In this document: piece by piece, positions 37,662 through 48,116 of the stretch
How positions within the stretch are numbered: position 1 is the first letter of the stretch
How the letters are laid out: every line of letters begins with the position of its first letter
NCBI GenBank assembly: GCA_905199445.1
Contig: CAJKGK010000001.1
Location: 91,059 to 155,058, forward strand
DNA length: 64,000 nucleotides
From: an uncultured Lachnospiraceae bacterium
Lineage (GTDB): Bacteria > Bacillota > Clostridia > Lachnospirales > Lachnospiraceae
Direction of reading: 5' to 3'
Translations under genes and position numbers: made by a program
Notes under the pieces: model-generated
Database searches by the model: none
Seen by the model: the letters and a program-made list of their open reading frames with translations, nothing else
What the model was told of the DNA's origin: nothing

Positions 37662-38690
37662 CTAGAAAAGATTGGATATATCATTAAACAGTACAACAAC
37701 CATTAACACCATAAGTGCCGCAAAGCCGATCATATTAATCAGCCCTTCCCGCTCCCGATTCAGCGGTTTACCTTTAATGGCCTCTACAATCAAAAACAGA
37801 AAACGTCCGCCATCTAAAGCCGGGATAGGCAAAAGATTCATCACGCCCAGATTGGCACTTAAAACAACAACAAGCTGCGCCATGGTCAAAATCACACTCA
37901 TGGCCCCGTAGTCTTTGGCCACCTGATAATTTTCATCAATCAGATTTACAATCCCCACCGGGCCGGCAATATCATCCTTGGAAACACCGCCGGTGACAAG
38001 CATGCCCAGACTTTTGACAACTGAGGTAATATTATATTTAACTTCGTAAAAACCATATTTAAAAAGATCCAAAAATCCCGGCTGCTTTGGCAGCGCACTT
38101 GCAATACCGATTCTATAAGAACCGGTGGTTTCATCATAAAAAGATTCCAGCATGGTCACTGCCTTAACGCCATCCCGCTCATAGGTAATTTCATAGGTTT
38201 CTCCGGGATTAAAATACATATACATCTGCAGTTCTTCAAACATATGAATATCTGTATGATTCACTTTTGTAATCACATCTCCGGCACGAAGCCCAGCCTG
38301 AGCTGCCGGTGTGCCAGCTTCCACCGCTCCGATTTCCCCGTCTCTGTAGCCTGCATTAAAAATTATAAACATGGCAAATAAAAGGGCCAACAGGAAATTA
38401 AAGATTGGCCCCGCAAGCACCACGGACATTCTGGCCCACACAGATTTGGAGTTAAAGCTTCCTTCGTCCACATCGTCGGCATCCTCTCCCTGCATCATGC
38501 AGGCTCCGCCAAAAGGAAAAGCTCTGAGGGCATACACTGTGTCACCTTTTTGAAAGGAAAACACCTTTGGTCCCATACCCACAGCAAATTCATTTACCCG
38601 AATTCCATGCTGTTTTGCCAGCAGAAAATGTCCGAACTCATGTATAATAATGATTATACTAAATATGATAATTGCGAGAATTATCCCCAA
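37662..38690 (-). CDS. rseP: RIP metalloprotease RseP (site-2 protease, PDZ domain)
   Basis: HEFGHF zinc motif, PDZ domain, C-terminal LDGG. Start uncertain: a TTG at 38690 just after the dxr stop is preferred over the TTG at 38738, which overlaps dxr by 47 nt. Confidence 0.8.
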   Translation of the reverse strand: MGIILAIIIFSIIIIIHEFGHFLLAKQHGIRVNEFAVGMGPKVFSFQKGDTVYALRAFPFGGACMMQGEDADDVDEGSFNSKSVWARMSVVLAGPIFNFLLALLFAMFIIFNAGYRDGEIGAVEAGTPAAQAGLRAGDVITKVNHTDIHMFEELQMYMYFNPGETYEITYERDGVKAVTMLESFYDETTGSYRIGIASALPKQPGFLDLFKYGFYEVKYNITSVVKSLGMLVTGGVSKDDIAGPVGIVNLIDENYQVAKDYGAMSVILTMAQLVVVLSANLGVMNLLPIPALDGGRFLFLIVEAIKGKPLNREREGLINMIGFAALMVLMVVVLFNDISNLF

Positions 38691-38691
38691 A

Positions 38692-39837
38692 CTACCACCT
38701 GCTTTCAATAAACTCGTAGGACGCCCGTTCTGTATCAAGAATCTCGTCTACAGTAGGCGCCTGAATGACTTTATGATTTTCCATAGCTTTCTCAATAATA
38801 TCAGGAATGTCCAAAAAGGCGATTTCCCGATCTAAAAATTTGGCAACTGCCCGCTCATTGGCTGCATTAAATACAGTGGGCATGGAACCACCGATTCGAG
38901 CTGCTTTATAAGCCAGCCAAAGTCCTCGAAATACATCCGGTCTGGGTTTTTCAAAGGTCATGGATGCCACTTGGAATAAATCCAGAGGCTGGCCGTTTAA
39001 GCCTCTTCTTTCCGGATAAAACAGCGCATATTGAATCGGAAGACGCATATCTGGCGTTCCCAGCTGGGCAATCACCGCACCGTCGGTATATTCTACCGCG
39101 GAATGAATAATACTCTGAGGGTGAACAACGACCTGAATCTGATCCAGGGGCACATCAAACAGCCACTGAGCCTCGATAACTTCCAGCCCTTTATTCACCA
39201 TGGTCGCTGAATCAATGGTAATCTTGCGTCCCATCACCCAATTGGGGTGCTTAAGGGCATCCTCCACCTGAATTTCTGAAAGTTCATCCAGCGTACGGCC
39301 TCTGAAAGGGCCGCCGGAAGCGGTAAGAAGGATTCTGCGAATCCGGTTATCCCCCCGTCCCTGCAGAGACTGAAATATAGCGGAATGTTCACTGTCCACA
39401 GGCAGAATCGACACGCCGTATTCCTTTGCCAGAGGCATAATCAAGTGGCCTGCAGTCACCAGAGTTTCTTTATTGGCCAGTGCAATATTTTTTCCGGCCT
39501 TAATCGCCGCAATCGTAGGACGAATTCCAATCATCCCCACAATGGCTGTCACTACAATTTCAACCTGAGGGAGTGTCACCGTCTCAATCAGACCATCCAT
39601 CCCGGAAACGATTTTTACCGGAAGATCAGCCACACTTTCCCGAAGTCTGGCCGCATTTTCCTCAGACCACACAGCCGCAATCTGAGGCCTAAACATACGG
39701 ATTTGTTCCTCCAAAAGCTTTATATTCGATCCGGCAGCCAGTGCCAGAACCTTTAAATCACTGTTATGCTTTGCAATATCCAGTGTCTGTGTTCCAATGG
39801 AACCTGTAGATCCCAGAACAGATATATACTTCATCAC
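38692..39837 (-). CDS. dxr: 1-deoxy-D-xylulose 5-phosphate reductoisomerase
   Basis: 381 aa. N-terminal GSTGSIG NADPH-binding motif. Confidence 0.95.
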   Translation of the reverse strand: MMKYISVLGSTGSIGTQTLDIAKHNSDLKVLALAAGSNIKLLEEQIRMFRPQIAAVWSEENAARLRESVADLPVKIVSGMDGLIETVTLPQVEIVVTAIVGMIGIRPTIAAIKAGKNIALANKETLVTAGHLIMPLAKEYGVSILPVDSEHSAIFQSLQGRGDNRIRRILLTASGGPFRGRTLDELSEIQVEDALKHPNWVMGRKITIDSATMVNKGLEVIEAQWLFDVPLDQIQVVVHPQSIIHSAVEYTDGAVIAQLGTPDMRLPIQYALFYPERRGLNGQPLDLFQVASMTFEKPRPDVFRGLWLAYKAARIGGSMPTVFNAANERAVAKFLDREIAFLDIPDIIEKAMENHKVIQAPTVDEILDTERASYEFIESRW

Positions 39838-39849
39838 TTATCCCTCCAG

Positions 39850-40650
39850 TTATCCAAAAAATACCGCCAGAAAATAAACAACCGGTGCGGTAAATAAAAT
39901 ACTGTCAAATCGGTCCATCACACCGCCATGGCCCGGAATCAGTCTGCCGTAATCCTTAATGCCTTTATTGCGCTTAATCGCCGATGCCCCAAGATCGCCC
40001 ACAATGGCAATCAGAGCGCCTGCACCGCCAATGAGGCCGCAGGCCACCATGGGATTTCCGAGACTTGGAAGTCTGTGCCCCAGAAAAAATCCATAGAGGA
40101 TACCTAAAATCACCGCACCAGCCACGCCGCCGATGCCGCCTTCTATACTTTTTTTAGGGCTTAGAACCGGTGCCATTTTATGACGGCCAATGAGTCGTCC
40201 CACGCAGTAGGCACAGGTATCATTTCCCCAGGCACTGACAAAAACGAGGGGAATCAGATAAAGGCCGTCGGGAAGCTCCCTAATCTGATACATAAACATC
40301 ATCAGCACCGGAACATAAATCAATCCAAAAACGCCTGCAGCTGCCTGATCTGCGTTAAATTTAGGAAATGAAAAGACATACACAAACATAACCAGGAGAA
40401 AGCTAAGCACAATGGCGCCCATAACAAGCTGCATGCTGCCGCTGCGTACAGCCAGAATATAGCAGAGTGCCCCCAAACCTCCTGCATATCCTATCATATT
40501 GTTGTGTATATTATATGTCTTATAAAGCTCATATAATCCTATGAAAGACAGAATCGCTGTCAGAACAAATAAAACATCATGGCCGAGAATCATCGCAGCA
40601 ATCATAATTACCAGCAGTACAATACCACTGATCAGACGGGTCACAAACAT
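39850..40650 (-). CDS. cdsA: phosphatidate cytidylyltransferase
   Basis: 266 aa polytopic membrane protein with the CTP_transf_1 C-terminal signature. Confidence 0.9.
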   Translation of the reverse strand: MFVTRLISGIVLLVIMIAAMILGHDVLFVLTAILSFIGLYELYKTYNIHNNMIGYAGGLGALCYILAVRSGSMQLVMGAIVLSFLLVMFVYVFSFPKFNADQAAAGVFGLIYVPVLMMFMYQIRELPDGLYLIPLVFVSAWGNDTCAYCVGRLIGRHKMAPVLSPKKSIEGGIGGVAGAVILGILYGFFLGHRLPSLGNPMVACGLIGGAGALIAIVGDLGASAIKRNKGIKDYGRLIPGHGGVMDRFDSILFTAPVVYFLAVFFG

Positions 40651-40662
40651 GTCGCTTCCTCC

Positions 40663-41391
40663 TTATTTTACACCGCCGAAACGCCGGTCTCTTGTATTAT
40701 ACTGTTCAATGGCACGAATCAATTCGGTTCTGTCAAAATCCGGCCACAGCACATCTGTAAAATAAAATTCTGTGTAAGCCAGCTGCCAAAGCAAAAAATT
40801 AGAAAGCCGCTGTTCACCGCTTGTACGGATCAAAAGATCTGGATCCGGCAGGTCGGCCGTATCCAAATAGCGCTCAAATACCTTTTCGTCCACAGCCTCA
40901 GGCCTTAAGCTGCCGGACACCGCATCTGCAGCCAGATGTCGGATTGCCCGAACCATTTCATCCCGGCTTCCGTAATTCAGGGCAATCGAAAAATTCAGCC
41001 CTGTATTTTTTGCTGAAACAGCCTCCAGCTCCTCAATGGACTGACGAATATCATCCGACAGACCTGTCTTATCGCCAAGGACACGCACCCGCATATTATT
41101 TTTGCTGGTTCGCTCCAGACAATCCTCCAGATAATCTTTTAAAAGCTTCATCAGCGTGTCCACTTCCTTTTGCGGACGTTTCCAGTTTTCTGTGGAAAAA
41201 GCGTACACGGTCAGATACTTAATTCCCAGATTCCATGCCACCTCACATATTTTTTCCACATTTTTACTTCCCTGAGCATGGCCATAATTACGGGGCATGA
41301 AACGCTTTTTTGCCCACCGTCCGTTGCCGTCCAGAATAATGGCAACATGCTGGGGAATATTATATATTTTTCCATCAATTTCTTTTTCCAT
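40663..41391 (-). CDS. uppS: isoprenyl transferase (undecaprenyl diphosphate synthase)
   Basis: HVAIILDGNGRWA motif. Start set at MEKEIDG (41391) with GGAGG upstream. Confidence 0.9.
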   Translation of the reverse strand: MEKEIDGKIYNIPQHVAIILDGNGRWAKKRFMPRNYGHAQGSKNVEKICEVAWNLGIKYLTVYAFSTENWKRPQKEVDTLMKLLKDYLEDCLERTSKNNMRVRVLGDKTGLSDDIRQSIEELEAVSAKNTGLNFSIALNYGSRDEMVRAIRHLAADAVSGSLRPEAVDEKVFERYLDTADLPDPDLLIRTSGEQRLSNFLLWQLAYTEFYFTDVLWPDFDRTELIRAIEQYNTRDRRFGGVK

Positions 41392-41402
41392 ATTTCCTCC
41401 AT

Positions 41403-41443
41403 GAAAAAGCTGCCGCAAAACATTATATGATATTTTGCGGCAG
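41403..41443 (-). terminator. intrinsic terminator/attenuator between frr and uppS
   Basis: Perfect 11-bp stem CTGCCGCAAAA/TTTTGCGGCAG with a minus-strand T-run that runs into the uppS RBS. A second 18-bp palindrome TGACGGCAGCTGCCGTCA lies at 41466-41483. Confidence 0.5.
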
Positions 41444-41494
41444 TCCTGAAATCTTTTCTCTGTCTGACGGCAGCTGCCGTCATATCCAAACCTA

Positions 41495-42049
41495 TTATAC
41501 AGTCATAACTTCCTTTGTCTTAACTTCGACTGCTTTTTCAACTTTTTCAATATACTTATCTGTAAGCTTCTGAATCGCATCTTCCAGATCAGCATAATCA
41601 TCTTCAGAAATTTCTTTTGATTTATTCAGCTTTTTAAACGCATCATTGGCGTCACGACGGATATTGCGGACTGCAACTTTAGCGTTCTCACCTTTTTTCT
41701 TCACATCTTTGGCAAGCTCCTTACGACGCTCCTCTGTCAGTTCAGGAAATACAAGGCGGATTGTTCTTCCGTCATTGGTTGGTGTGATTCCCAGATCCGA
41801 TGCCAGAATCGCTTTTTCAATATCTTTGATCAGCTTGGATTCCCATGGCTGAATCATGATCATACGGGCTTCCGGTACTGAAATGTTGCCGACCTGCTGA
41901 ATCGGTGTGGGTGTGCCATAATAATCTACAACCAGTCTGTCAAGTACATGGGGATTGGCGCGCCCTGCACGGATGGAAGCATATTCTCTTTCCAGACTTT
42001 CCAGACTTTTACTCATTTTTGTTTCATAAGACTTAATTCTTTCATCCAT
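41495..42049 (-). CDS. frr: ribosome recycling factor
   Basis: 184 aa RRF. Confidence 0.95.
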   Translation of the reverse strand: MDERIKSYETKMSKSLESLEREYASIRAGRANPHVLDRLVVDYYGTPTPIQQVGNISVPEARMIMIQPWESKLIKDIEKAILASDLGITPTNDGRTIRLVFPELTEERRKELAKDVKKKGENAKVAVRNIRRDANDAFKKLNKSKEISEDDYADLEDAIQKLTDKYIEKVEKAVEVKTKEVMTV

Positions 42050-42075
42050 AATAAAAATCCTCCTGATTATATATG

Positions 42076-42795
42076 TCAGTCTACAGTGACGACTGTTCCA
42101 TTAAATTCTCCGCCAAGTGTTTTTACAATGCTGTTTTCCTCATTCAGTCCAAAAACAATCATCGGCATTTTATTTTCCATACACATAATGGTTGATGTAA
42201 GATCCACAACCTGAAGTCTTCGGTCCACGACCTCCTGAATACTGATCGTATCAAACTTTTTAGCTTTTGGATTGGTTTTTGGGTCACTGTCATAAACACC
42301 GTCCACCGCTTTGGCCAGCAGAATAGCGTCAGCCTCAATCTCGATGGCACGCAGGGTTGTTCCTGTATCTGTGGAAAAGTAAGGATGACCTGTACCACCG
42401 GCAAAGAATACAACCTTCCCCTGATTTAAAGCAGCCACGGCTCCATCCTTGGAAAATAATGTGGTAAAGGAACCACATGTAAACGGCGTAAATACCTCAG
42501 TGTCCATTCCCAGCGTTCTGAAAATTTCAGAAACATAAATACAATTCATCACCGTACCAAGCATGCCGATCTGGTCAGACTTTGTACGTTCAATGATTTT
42601 GCTGCTGTTACGGCCTCTCCAGAAATTGCCGCCGCCAATGACAATGGCTACCTGCAGCCCCTGCTCATTCAGAGTCTTGACCTGTCTTGCCACACCCAAA
42701 CAGGTTTCCTCGTCAAAGCCAAAGCCTTTATCTCCTGAAAGCGCCTCTCCGCTTAATTTCAATAGAATTCTTTTTAAATTTTCCATGTTATACAC
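42076..42795 (-). CDS. pyrH: UMP kinase
   Basis: 239 aa amino-acid-kinase fold (LLKLSGEAL...GGGN). Confidence 0.95.
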   Translation of the reverse strand: MYNMENLKRILLKLSGEALSGDKGFGFDEETCLGVARQVKTLNEQGLQVAIVIGGGNFWRGRNSSKIIERTKSDQIGMLGTVMNCIYVSEIFRTLGMDTEVFTPFTCGSFTTLFSKDGAVAALNQGKVVFFAGGTGHPYFSTDTGTTLRAIEIEADAILLAKAVDGVYDSDPKTNPKAKKFDTISIQEVVDRRLQVVDLTSTIMCMENKMPMIVFGLNEENSIVKTLGGEFNGTVVTVD

Positions 42796-42895
42796 CTCAT
42801 TAATAATCTAACACAAAACACGCCAATTTTCCACCTTATTTTGAAATTAATGGGTCACAATTAGAGAGATCGGCTTTCTAAAACTGTCAGGCCTT

Positions 42896-44458
42896 TCACA
42901 CAATAAATTCAAACGGCAATGCCGGAATATCCATTTCGTTAAACAGATTAATGCTGTACCAGTCAGTTCGGGCAAAGGCTACCGTTACAGGGCCATCCGT
43001 GGGTTCCAAAAGCTGAATCATAAGCCTTGTCCCCTCAACCCGGGCACAAAAAGGAAGCTCACAGGACAGATGACTGAAGCTGTCTGTTCTGTCATCAAGA
43101 GGAACCACGCCTTTGTAAATTCTAAGTGCTTCCACCTGACTGCCTGTAATTTTTAAAGTTTTTCCCGTATGTACAAAATCTACCGTAATCCGGTCATCCT
43201 CACGGCTAATCGCCGAGACGGCCGGTGCCTCGCACAGAAGATCTTCACCGTAAACATAATGTCTGGCCAAAAGCGCCAGGCGATGTCCCACTGTTTTTTT
43301 ATCCTTTGGATGAATATCCAGCGCCTCACCCACATCTCCAATGGAACACATATAGGCATGATCCACGTTTTGAGCCACCTGGGCCTGACACTGTCTGATC
43401 ACAGGATAATGGTTTTGAATGCCATTGTTAAGCCATTCCTTAAATCCTGGCAGCTGGACAAACAAAAACGGCAGCCCGGCATCCTGCCACAGACTGCGCC
43501 AGTCTTCGATAAGTGCGGTCAGCATCCTGGCATATAAAACACCATGGCCCGAATCATCATCACTTTCTCCCTGATACCATAAAAATCCCCGAATCGTATA
43601 TGGTGCGGCTTTTTTAAGCATATGCTCATACAGACTGCCGGGAAATGCCTGGGGTGTAAGCAGATTTATAAAATCATCTCCGTTTGCAGCCATTTTTTCC
43701 ATATAAAACTGAATTTCTTCGTTTGTTAATGTTCTGGGAAGCACAGCCTCTGCAAAAGGATCAAAGGGATTACTCCGGTCGTTCATCGGATTTCCATGCT
43801 GACGCTCCCAGTAGGCATCCCCGCCGCTGGCATCAAGCCTTTTTTCCCAGTCTTCCATAAAGGGGCGTCCTACCCTGGCCACAGTTTTGGCCGACATCCA
43901 TGCGCTGGCCATGGTTCCGCCCCAATTACATCCAATAATTCCCACAGGTACGCCCTGCTGCTCTTTGATTTCCTTTTCAAAGTAATAACCGACTGCTGAA
44001 AAATACTGAAGCTGCGCCTTAGAATCAGCCTTTCGCCATATATTCTGGCGGCAGTAATCAAATTCTTCCGCCTGACCGTCATAGGCCACTTCAGGGATAT
44101 CAAAAAAACGTATATTTCTGTCTTTGGCCTGGCTAAACGCCTGATCCCTGTGTTTCTCATACCGCATACAAAATTCCATATTCGACTGCCCGCCGGCCAG
44201 CCACACCTCACCGATGGCCACATCCTCCAGCACCAAAGTCTCATTATCCGTTTTTACAGTCAGCACCTGATGTTCATCCGCCAAAAGCGGAGGCAGCGTT
44301 ACCATCCATGTTCCATTGGCATCAACCGTTCCCGATACCTGCTTTGCCTGAATCTCTACTTCCACTGTAGTGTCCGGGTCACCACATCCCCAAATACGTA
44401 CCGGTTTTTCCCGTTGAAGCACCATCCCGTTTTGAAAAATCACCGCCGTTTTCAGCAT
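42896..44458 (-). CDS. sialate O-acetylesterase-like SGNH/SASA-family carbohydrate esterase
   Basis: GGQSNM catalytic motif. Start set at MLKTAV (44458) after GGGAGGAG. Confidence 0.75.
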   Translation of the reverse strand: MLKTAVIFQNGMVLQREKPVRIWGCGDPDTTVEVEIQAKQVSGTVDANGTWMVTLPPLLADEHQVLTVKTDNETLVLEDVAIGEVWLAGGQSNMEFCMRYEKHRDQAFSQAKDRNIRFFDIPEVAYDGQAEEFDYCRQNIWRKADSKAQLQYFSAVGYYFEKEIKEQQGVPVGIIGCNWGGTMASAWMSAKTVARVGRPFMEDWEKRLDASGGDAYWERQHGNPMNDRSNPFDPFAEAVLPRTLTNEEIQFYMEKMAANGDDFINLLTPQAFPGSLYEHMLKKAAPYTIRGFLWYQGESDDDSGHGVLYARMLTALIEDWRSLWQDAGLPFLFVQLPGFKEWLNNGIQNHYPVIRQCQAQVAQNVDHAYMCSIGDVGEALDIHPKDKKTVGHRLALLARHYVYGEDLLCEAPAVSAISREDDRITVDFVHTGKTLKITGSQVEALRIYKGVVPLDDRTDSFSHLSCELPFCARVEGTRLMIQLLEPTDGPVTVAFARTDWYSINLFNEMDIPALPFEFIV

Positions 44459-44578
44459 TATATCTCTCCTCCCCTCTGCCTGCCCCACTGTCTTTTTATC
44501 CATTGCCTAAAAAAACACAGTGATCACCTGCAGTTCATTGCGTTTCCCTATTTGTCAATCATTGAAGCAGTTGAATAA

Positions 44579-45226
44579 TCAGCTCCAAATCCTGTTTCGA
44601 TCTGGTCTGCGGTAAAAAAGCATGGCCAGCACAAGACCAATAAGCAGCCCCGAAATATGTGCCACATTATCCACGCCGCTGCTGTTCATTCCATTATATA
44701 ATGTAAATGCGATAAACATAAAAATCTGAAATGCGGTCAAATCCTCCAGGCGTCCCCGATTTGCAATAAGCACATACAGAATGCCTCCGGACACACCAAA
44801 AATTGCACCGCTGGCGCCTGCTGACACCGTATTTTCCTCCATGCGCATCGCTACAAGATAAGACACATATCCTGAACCCACGGCACACAGAAGGTAAAAA
44901 AACAAATACCGGACTTTCCCCATGGCCCGCTCCAGATTATCGCCAATAACGGCCAAAACGATCATATTCATCACCAGATGCTGTACCCCAAAGTGAAGGA
45001 AAGCGCTTGTAAAAAGGCGGTAGTATTCATGATCAAATTTAATCAGCGGCCAGTAGGATGCGCCGTGAGCAATCATAAATCTGGCACTTTGTGTGGAACC
45101 TAAAAATTCCATCGCAATAAACACAATGACATTGGCCACAATAATGGCCGTATTCACTGGAGACATTTTGGGGATCTGACGCCGGTATCGGTAAAAATTT
45201 TGATCTGGATTATAATTCATTGTCAC
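44579..45226 (-). CDS. rhomboid family intramembrane serine protease
   Basis: GASGAIFG Ser motif and a downstream His in a TM segment. 215 aa. Confidence 0.8.
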   Translation of the reverse strand: MTMNYNPDQNFYRYRRQIPKMSPVNTAIIVANVIVFIAMEFLGSTQSARFMIAHGASYWPLIKFDHEYYRLFTSAFLHFGVQHLVMNMIVLAVIGDNLERAMGKVRYLFFYLLCAVGSGYVSYLVAMRMEENTVSAGASGAIFGVSGGILYVLIANRGRLEDLTAFQIFMFIAFTLYNGMNSSGVDNVAHISGLLIGLVLAMLFYRRPDRNRIWS

Positions 45227-45848
45227 ACTCCGTATTTTTTTTCAAAAAGTCAAAGGCATGTCCAGGTTCACTGTTAAGGAAATGCATCAGCATATAAGCA
45301 CACATAATGGCTACATTTTCTTCCCGTAAAATCCGGCGTACTTCATTCTTATCTGCAATGACGATCTCAATATCCTCATTTTCCTCCTGGCCCTCTTTGG
45401 AAGGCGTACCGCTGGCATACCCGAAAATGGTTCCGCAGGACTCATCCGTCATCCCTACAGTCGTAAAAAACGGCCTGCTAAACATAGGATCAACGGTCAC
45501 CGGCGTAAAATCCAGCCCGGTTTCCTCCTTCAGTTCCCGAACACCGGCTTCCTGAAAGGTTTCTCCCTCATCCACCAGTCCTGCAGGAAATTCATACACA
45601 TAGCCGTCCAGCGGGCAACGATACTGCCGAATCAACACGACCCGATCTTCGGCTTCCCCGTAAAGACTGTAAATAATCACGCCGTCTGCCTTGTTTTTGT
45701 GGGTTTTCAGTTTTAAATCTTCAACTTTTTTTGCCCGGGATGACACATAATAGGTACTGCGTCTCCCTGTATCATTTTCCATATCCAGCTCATACAAATT
45801 TAAAAACTTTGTCTGCGTCATCTGTTTGACGCCTAAAATCCTGCGCAT
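45210..45848 (-). CDS. NUDIX hydrolase (ADP-ribose pyrophosphatase-like)
   Basis: Nudix box GLVDEGETFQEAGVRELKEETGL. Confidence 0.8.
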   Translation of the reverse strand: MRRILGVKQMTQTKFLNLYELDMENDTGRRSTYYVSSRAKKVEDLKLKTHKNKADGVIIYSLYGEAEDRVVLIRQYRCPLDGYVYEFPAGLVDEGETFQEAGVRELKEETGLDFTPVTVDPMFSRPFFTTVGMTDESCGTIFGYASGTPSKEGQEENEDIEIVIADKNEVRRILREENVAIMCAYMLMHFLNSEPGHAFDFLKKNTECDNEL

Positions 45849-45891
45849 ATTTTCTCCTCCCTGTGTATGCCCCGATTGAAAGTATTGACAA

Positions 45892-46695
45892 TTATCCGAT
45901 TTTTATAAACGCCGGCTTTCGGTCCTTAAATACTGTAATATACTTAAATCCCAACTGCTGCAGCATTTCCTGTCCCAGCCTGGATACAGTGCCTGCCTGC
46001 GCAGCAAAATGTGCATCAGAGCCTACGGTTACAATCTCTCCGCCGCACTGTCTGTAAAGCTTCATCAGTTCCGGCACAGGCATGGGATCCCCGCCGCCTC
46101 TGGCAATACCGGACAAGTTCAGCTCCAGCCCCTTCCCCCGCGCAATCAGAATCCGGAATACTTCCGCAAATAAATCCTGCCACACCATCACATCCGGATG
46201 AATCCCTGTCTTTTGGGTCACATATCTGGACGGATAGGTGATATGACCTAAAACATCAAAATCCCAGTCCGTAGCCAACACCTTCATGGCCTGAATATAC
46301 CGGGGATAAACTTCTCTGTAATCATTTTTCTGAAAATCATAGTAATAAACATCCACATCATTATCCAGATTATGGATGGAGCCAATAATAAAATCCAAAG
46401 GATACTGGTCCAGAAAAGCCTGTGCTTCAGACGGATGGCACTGGGGCTGTCCCAGTTCCACACCCATTTTAATCTTTATCTTTGAACTGTAGCGATCCAC
46501 AAGCATTTTCATGTTTTCATACCAGGCCGGGCAGTCCAGAATATAGCTATAGGGTTTATCTGAAAGTAAATCCATATGATCGGTCAGTGCGATCTCCGAA
46601 AGTCCCTGGGCAATAGCCGCTTCACAGACCTGCTCCGGTACGGCATCACAGTCCACCGAAAACTTCGTATGTAAATGATAATCTGTCAGGTACAT
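45892..46695 (-). CDS. PHP-family phosphoesterase (histidinol-phosphatase HisJ/HisK-like)
   Basis: N-terminal DYHLHT PHP motif. Start at MYLTDYHLHT (46695) with GGGAG 8 nt upstream and TAA-A-ATG coupling to the upstream gene. Confidence 0.65.
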   Translation of the reverse strand: MYLTDYHLHTKFSVDCDAVPEQVCEAAIAQGLSEIALTDHMDLLSDKPYSYILDCPAWYENMKMLVDRYSSKIKIKMGVELGQPQCHPSEAQAFLDQYPLDFIIGSIHNLDNDVDVYYYDFQKNDYREVYPRYIQAMKVLATDWDFDVLGHITYPSRYVTQKTGIHPDVMVWQDLFAEVFRILIARGKGLELNLSGIARGGGDPMPVPELMKLYRQCGGEIVTVGSDAHFAAQAGTVSRLGQEMLQQLGFKYITVFKDRKPAFIKIG

Positions 46696-46696
46696 T

Positions 46697-47248
46697 TTAC
46701 GCATCTCCCTTAGCTTCCTGATCACCTTCATTCGGTTCATCCGCAGCTTTTGGCCCAATGGATGCTGTGTCATAATGGGCAATACTTTTCATTGTTTTTC
46801 CACTCTCTGCAACAGCCTGAGAAACTTCTTCTTCCGTAATCGGATTAAAAAACAAAGGTCTTCTTTTAATGTAGTAAACAGCCATTAAAACAATAGCAAC
46901 CGGGCGCCAGCCAATCTGCATCAGTGCCGCACTGATCAGGGATGTATCCATCATTCCTACCGCAATCACAAAATAAGCGTCATAGACAATTTCCAGCACA
47001 AAGGCTCCGATAATCGCCCACCATGCATAGGATCTGAATTTAAAGCATCCCACAAATGTCAGAACACAAGCCACAAGCAGCAATACATTATAACCCATTC
47101 CAAGCCAATTCAGCTCGGTTTGCCCGACAAAGGCCTGATAAATCAGGAAAACAGCCATCACGAAATTCAGCGGCGTCATCACAAGATGATAAAACTTATG
47201 GAACATCAGTGGTGTAGTTCCAACAGAATAATACATCTTCATTTTCAT
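46697..47248 (-). CDS. hypothetical membrane protein (4 TM)
   Basis: 183 aa, hydrophobic, acidic C-terminal tail. GAGGAG RBS. Confidence 0.5.
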   Translation of the reverse strand: MKMKMYYSVGTTPLMFHKFYHLVMTPLNFVMAVFLIYQAFVGQTELNWLGMGYNVLLLVACVLTFVGCFKFRSYAWWAIIGAFVLEIVYDAYFVIAVGMMDTSLISAALMQIGWRPVAIVLMAVYYIKRRPLFFNPITEEEVSQAVAESGKTMKSIAHYDTASIGPKAADEPNEGDQEAKGDA

Positions 47249-47415
47249 CTTTCAAAACTCCTCTTCTTCAAATTTTTTGCGCAGAGTATAACAGCCTTTT
47301 CTGCAACTATTCTTTCAGCTATTATACTCTGTCCTTGAAAAAACTTCTACCGAAAAATAGGAGAAGTGAAAAATTTTATATAATTTTAACGGGATCTGAA
47401 CAAAAAATTATGAAA

Positions 47416-47985
47416 TCACTGATTTAGTCCAAAATAGTTGAGCAGCCCATCATAAATCCCTTCTGCAAAAGTATACTGCTCATCAACCAGCCGCTCCAGA
47501 TCTTCAAAATTACTCATATAAGCCAACTCTACCAGAATCGCCGGCATTTTTGTGCGCCGCAGAACATAAAGAGCGGGATTTGTGCGTACGCCGTTATTTT
47601 TTGTCCCAACCAGATCTACGATGCCGTTTAAGACATACTCTGCCAGATAATAGGCCTCTGTATAAGCTCTGTACACATAAACTTCGGTTCCGTTAATATT
47701 GGGATTGACATTGGAATTTGCATGAATACTAATAAAATAATCGGCCGGCCACGTATTCGCCATATCCACCCGTGCCCGAAGACTGGTGGCATTGCTTGTA
47801 CCAAGCACTGTATTTTCCTCCGGCCTGGAAAGGCGGGCTTCAAAGTTAGAATTTGAATTCAGCATATCATATAAATAAAGTCCTACATTGTAAGTAATAT
47901 CCTGCTCATTCACCCCTTGACTGGTAGCACCGGTATTATGTCCATAAGGATTATGTCCCTGATCAATAAATATTTTTATAGCCAA
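47416..47985 (-). CDS. N-acetylmuramoyl-L-alanine amidase (Amidase_3 family)
   Basis: IFIDQGHNP...SIHANS zinc-amidase motifs. 189 aa. Confidence 0.8.
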   Translation of the reverse strand: MAIKIFIDQGHNPYGHNTGATSQGVNEQDITYNVGLYLYDMLNSNSNFEARLSRPEENTVLGTSNATSLRARVDMANTWPADYFISIHANSNVNPNINGTEVYVYRAYTEAYYLAEYVLNGIVDLVGTKNNGVRTNPALYVLRRTKMPAILVELAYMSNFEDLERLVDEQYTFAEGIYDGLLNYFGLNQ

Positions 47986-48043
47986 AAAATCACCCCTTAA
48001 CGTTCTATGACAGCATATGCGTCTGGGGATGAAATGTTTACAG

Positions 48044-48088
48044 TTAAAAAAATCCTCTCATGCTGCACCAGGCAGTCTGAGAGGATTT
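48044..48088 (-). terminator. intrinsic terminator after GH36::PGM gene
   Basis: 9-bp stem ATCCTCTCA/TGAGAGGAT (48052-48060 / 48078-48086), followed on the minus strand by T7-8. Confidence 0.6.
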
Positions 48089-48116
48089 CCTGTCATATTC
48101 TAACTACAGCGCTATA

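Noticed and set aside
47249-47415. 14-bp inverted repeat (CAGAGTATAACAGC / GCTATTATACTCTG) upstream of the hypothetical membrane-protein gene
   Set aside because: It has no flanking U-tract on either strand, so it is not a terminator, and it does not match a known riboswitch shape. It may be an operator but evidence is too thin for a feature call.
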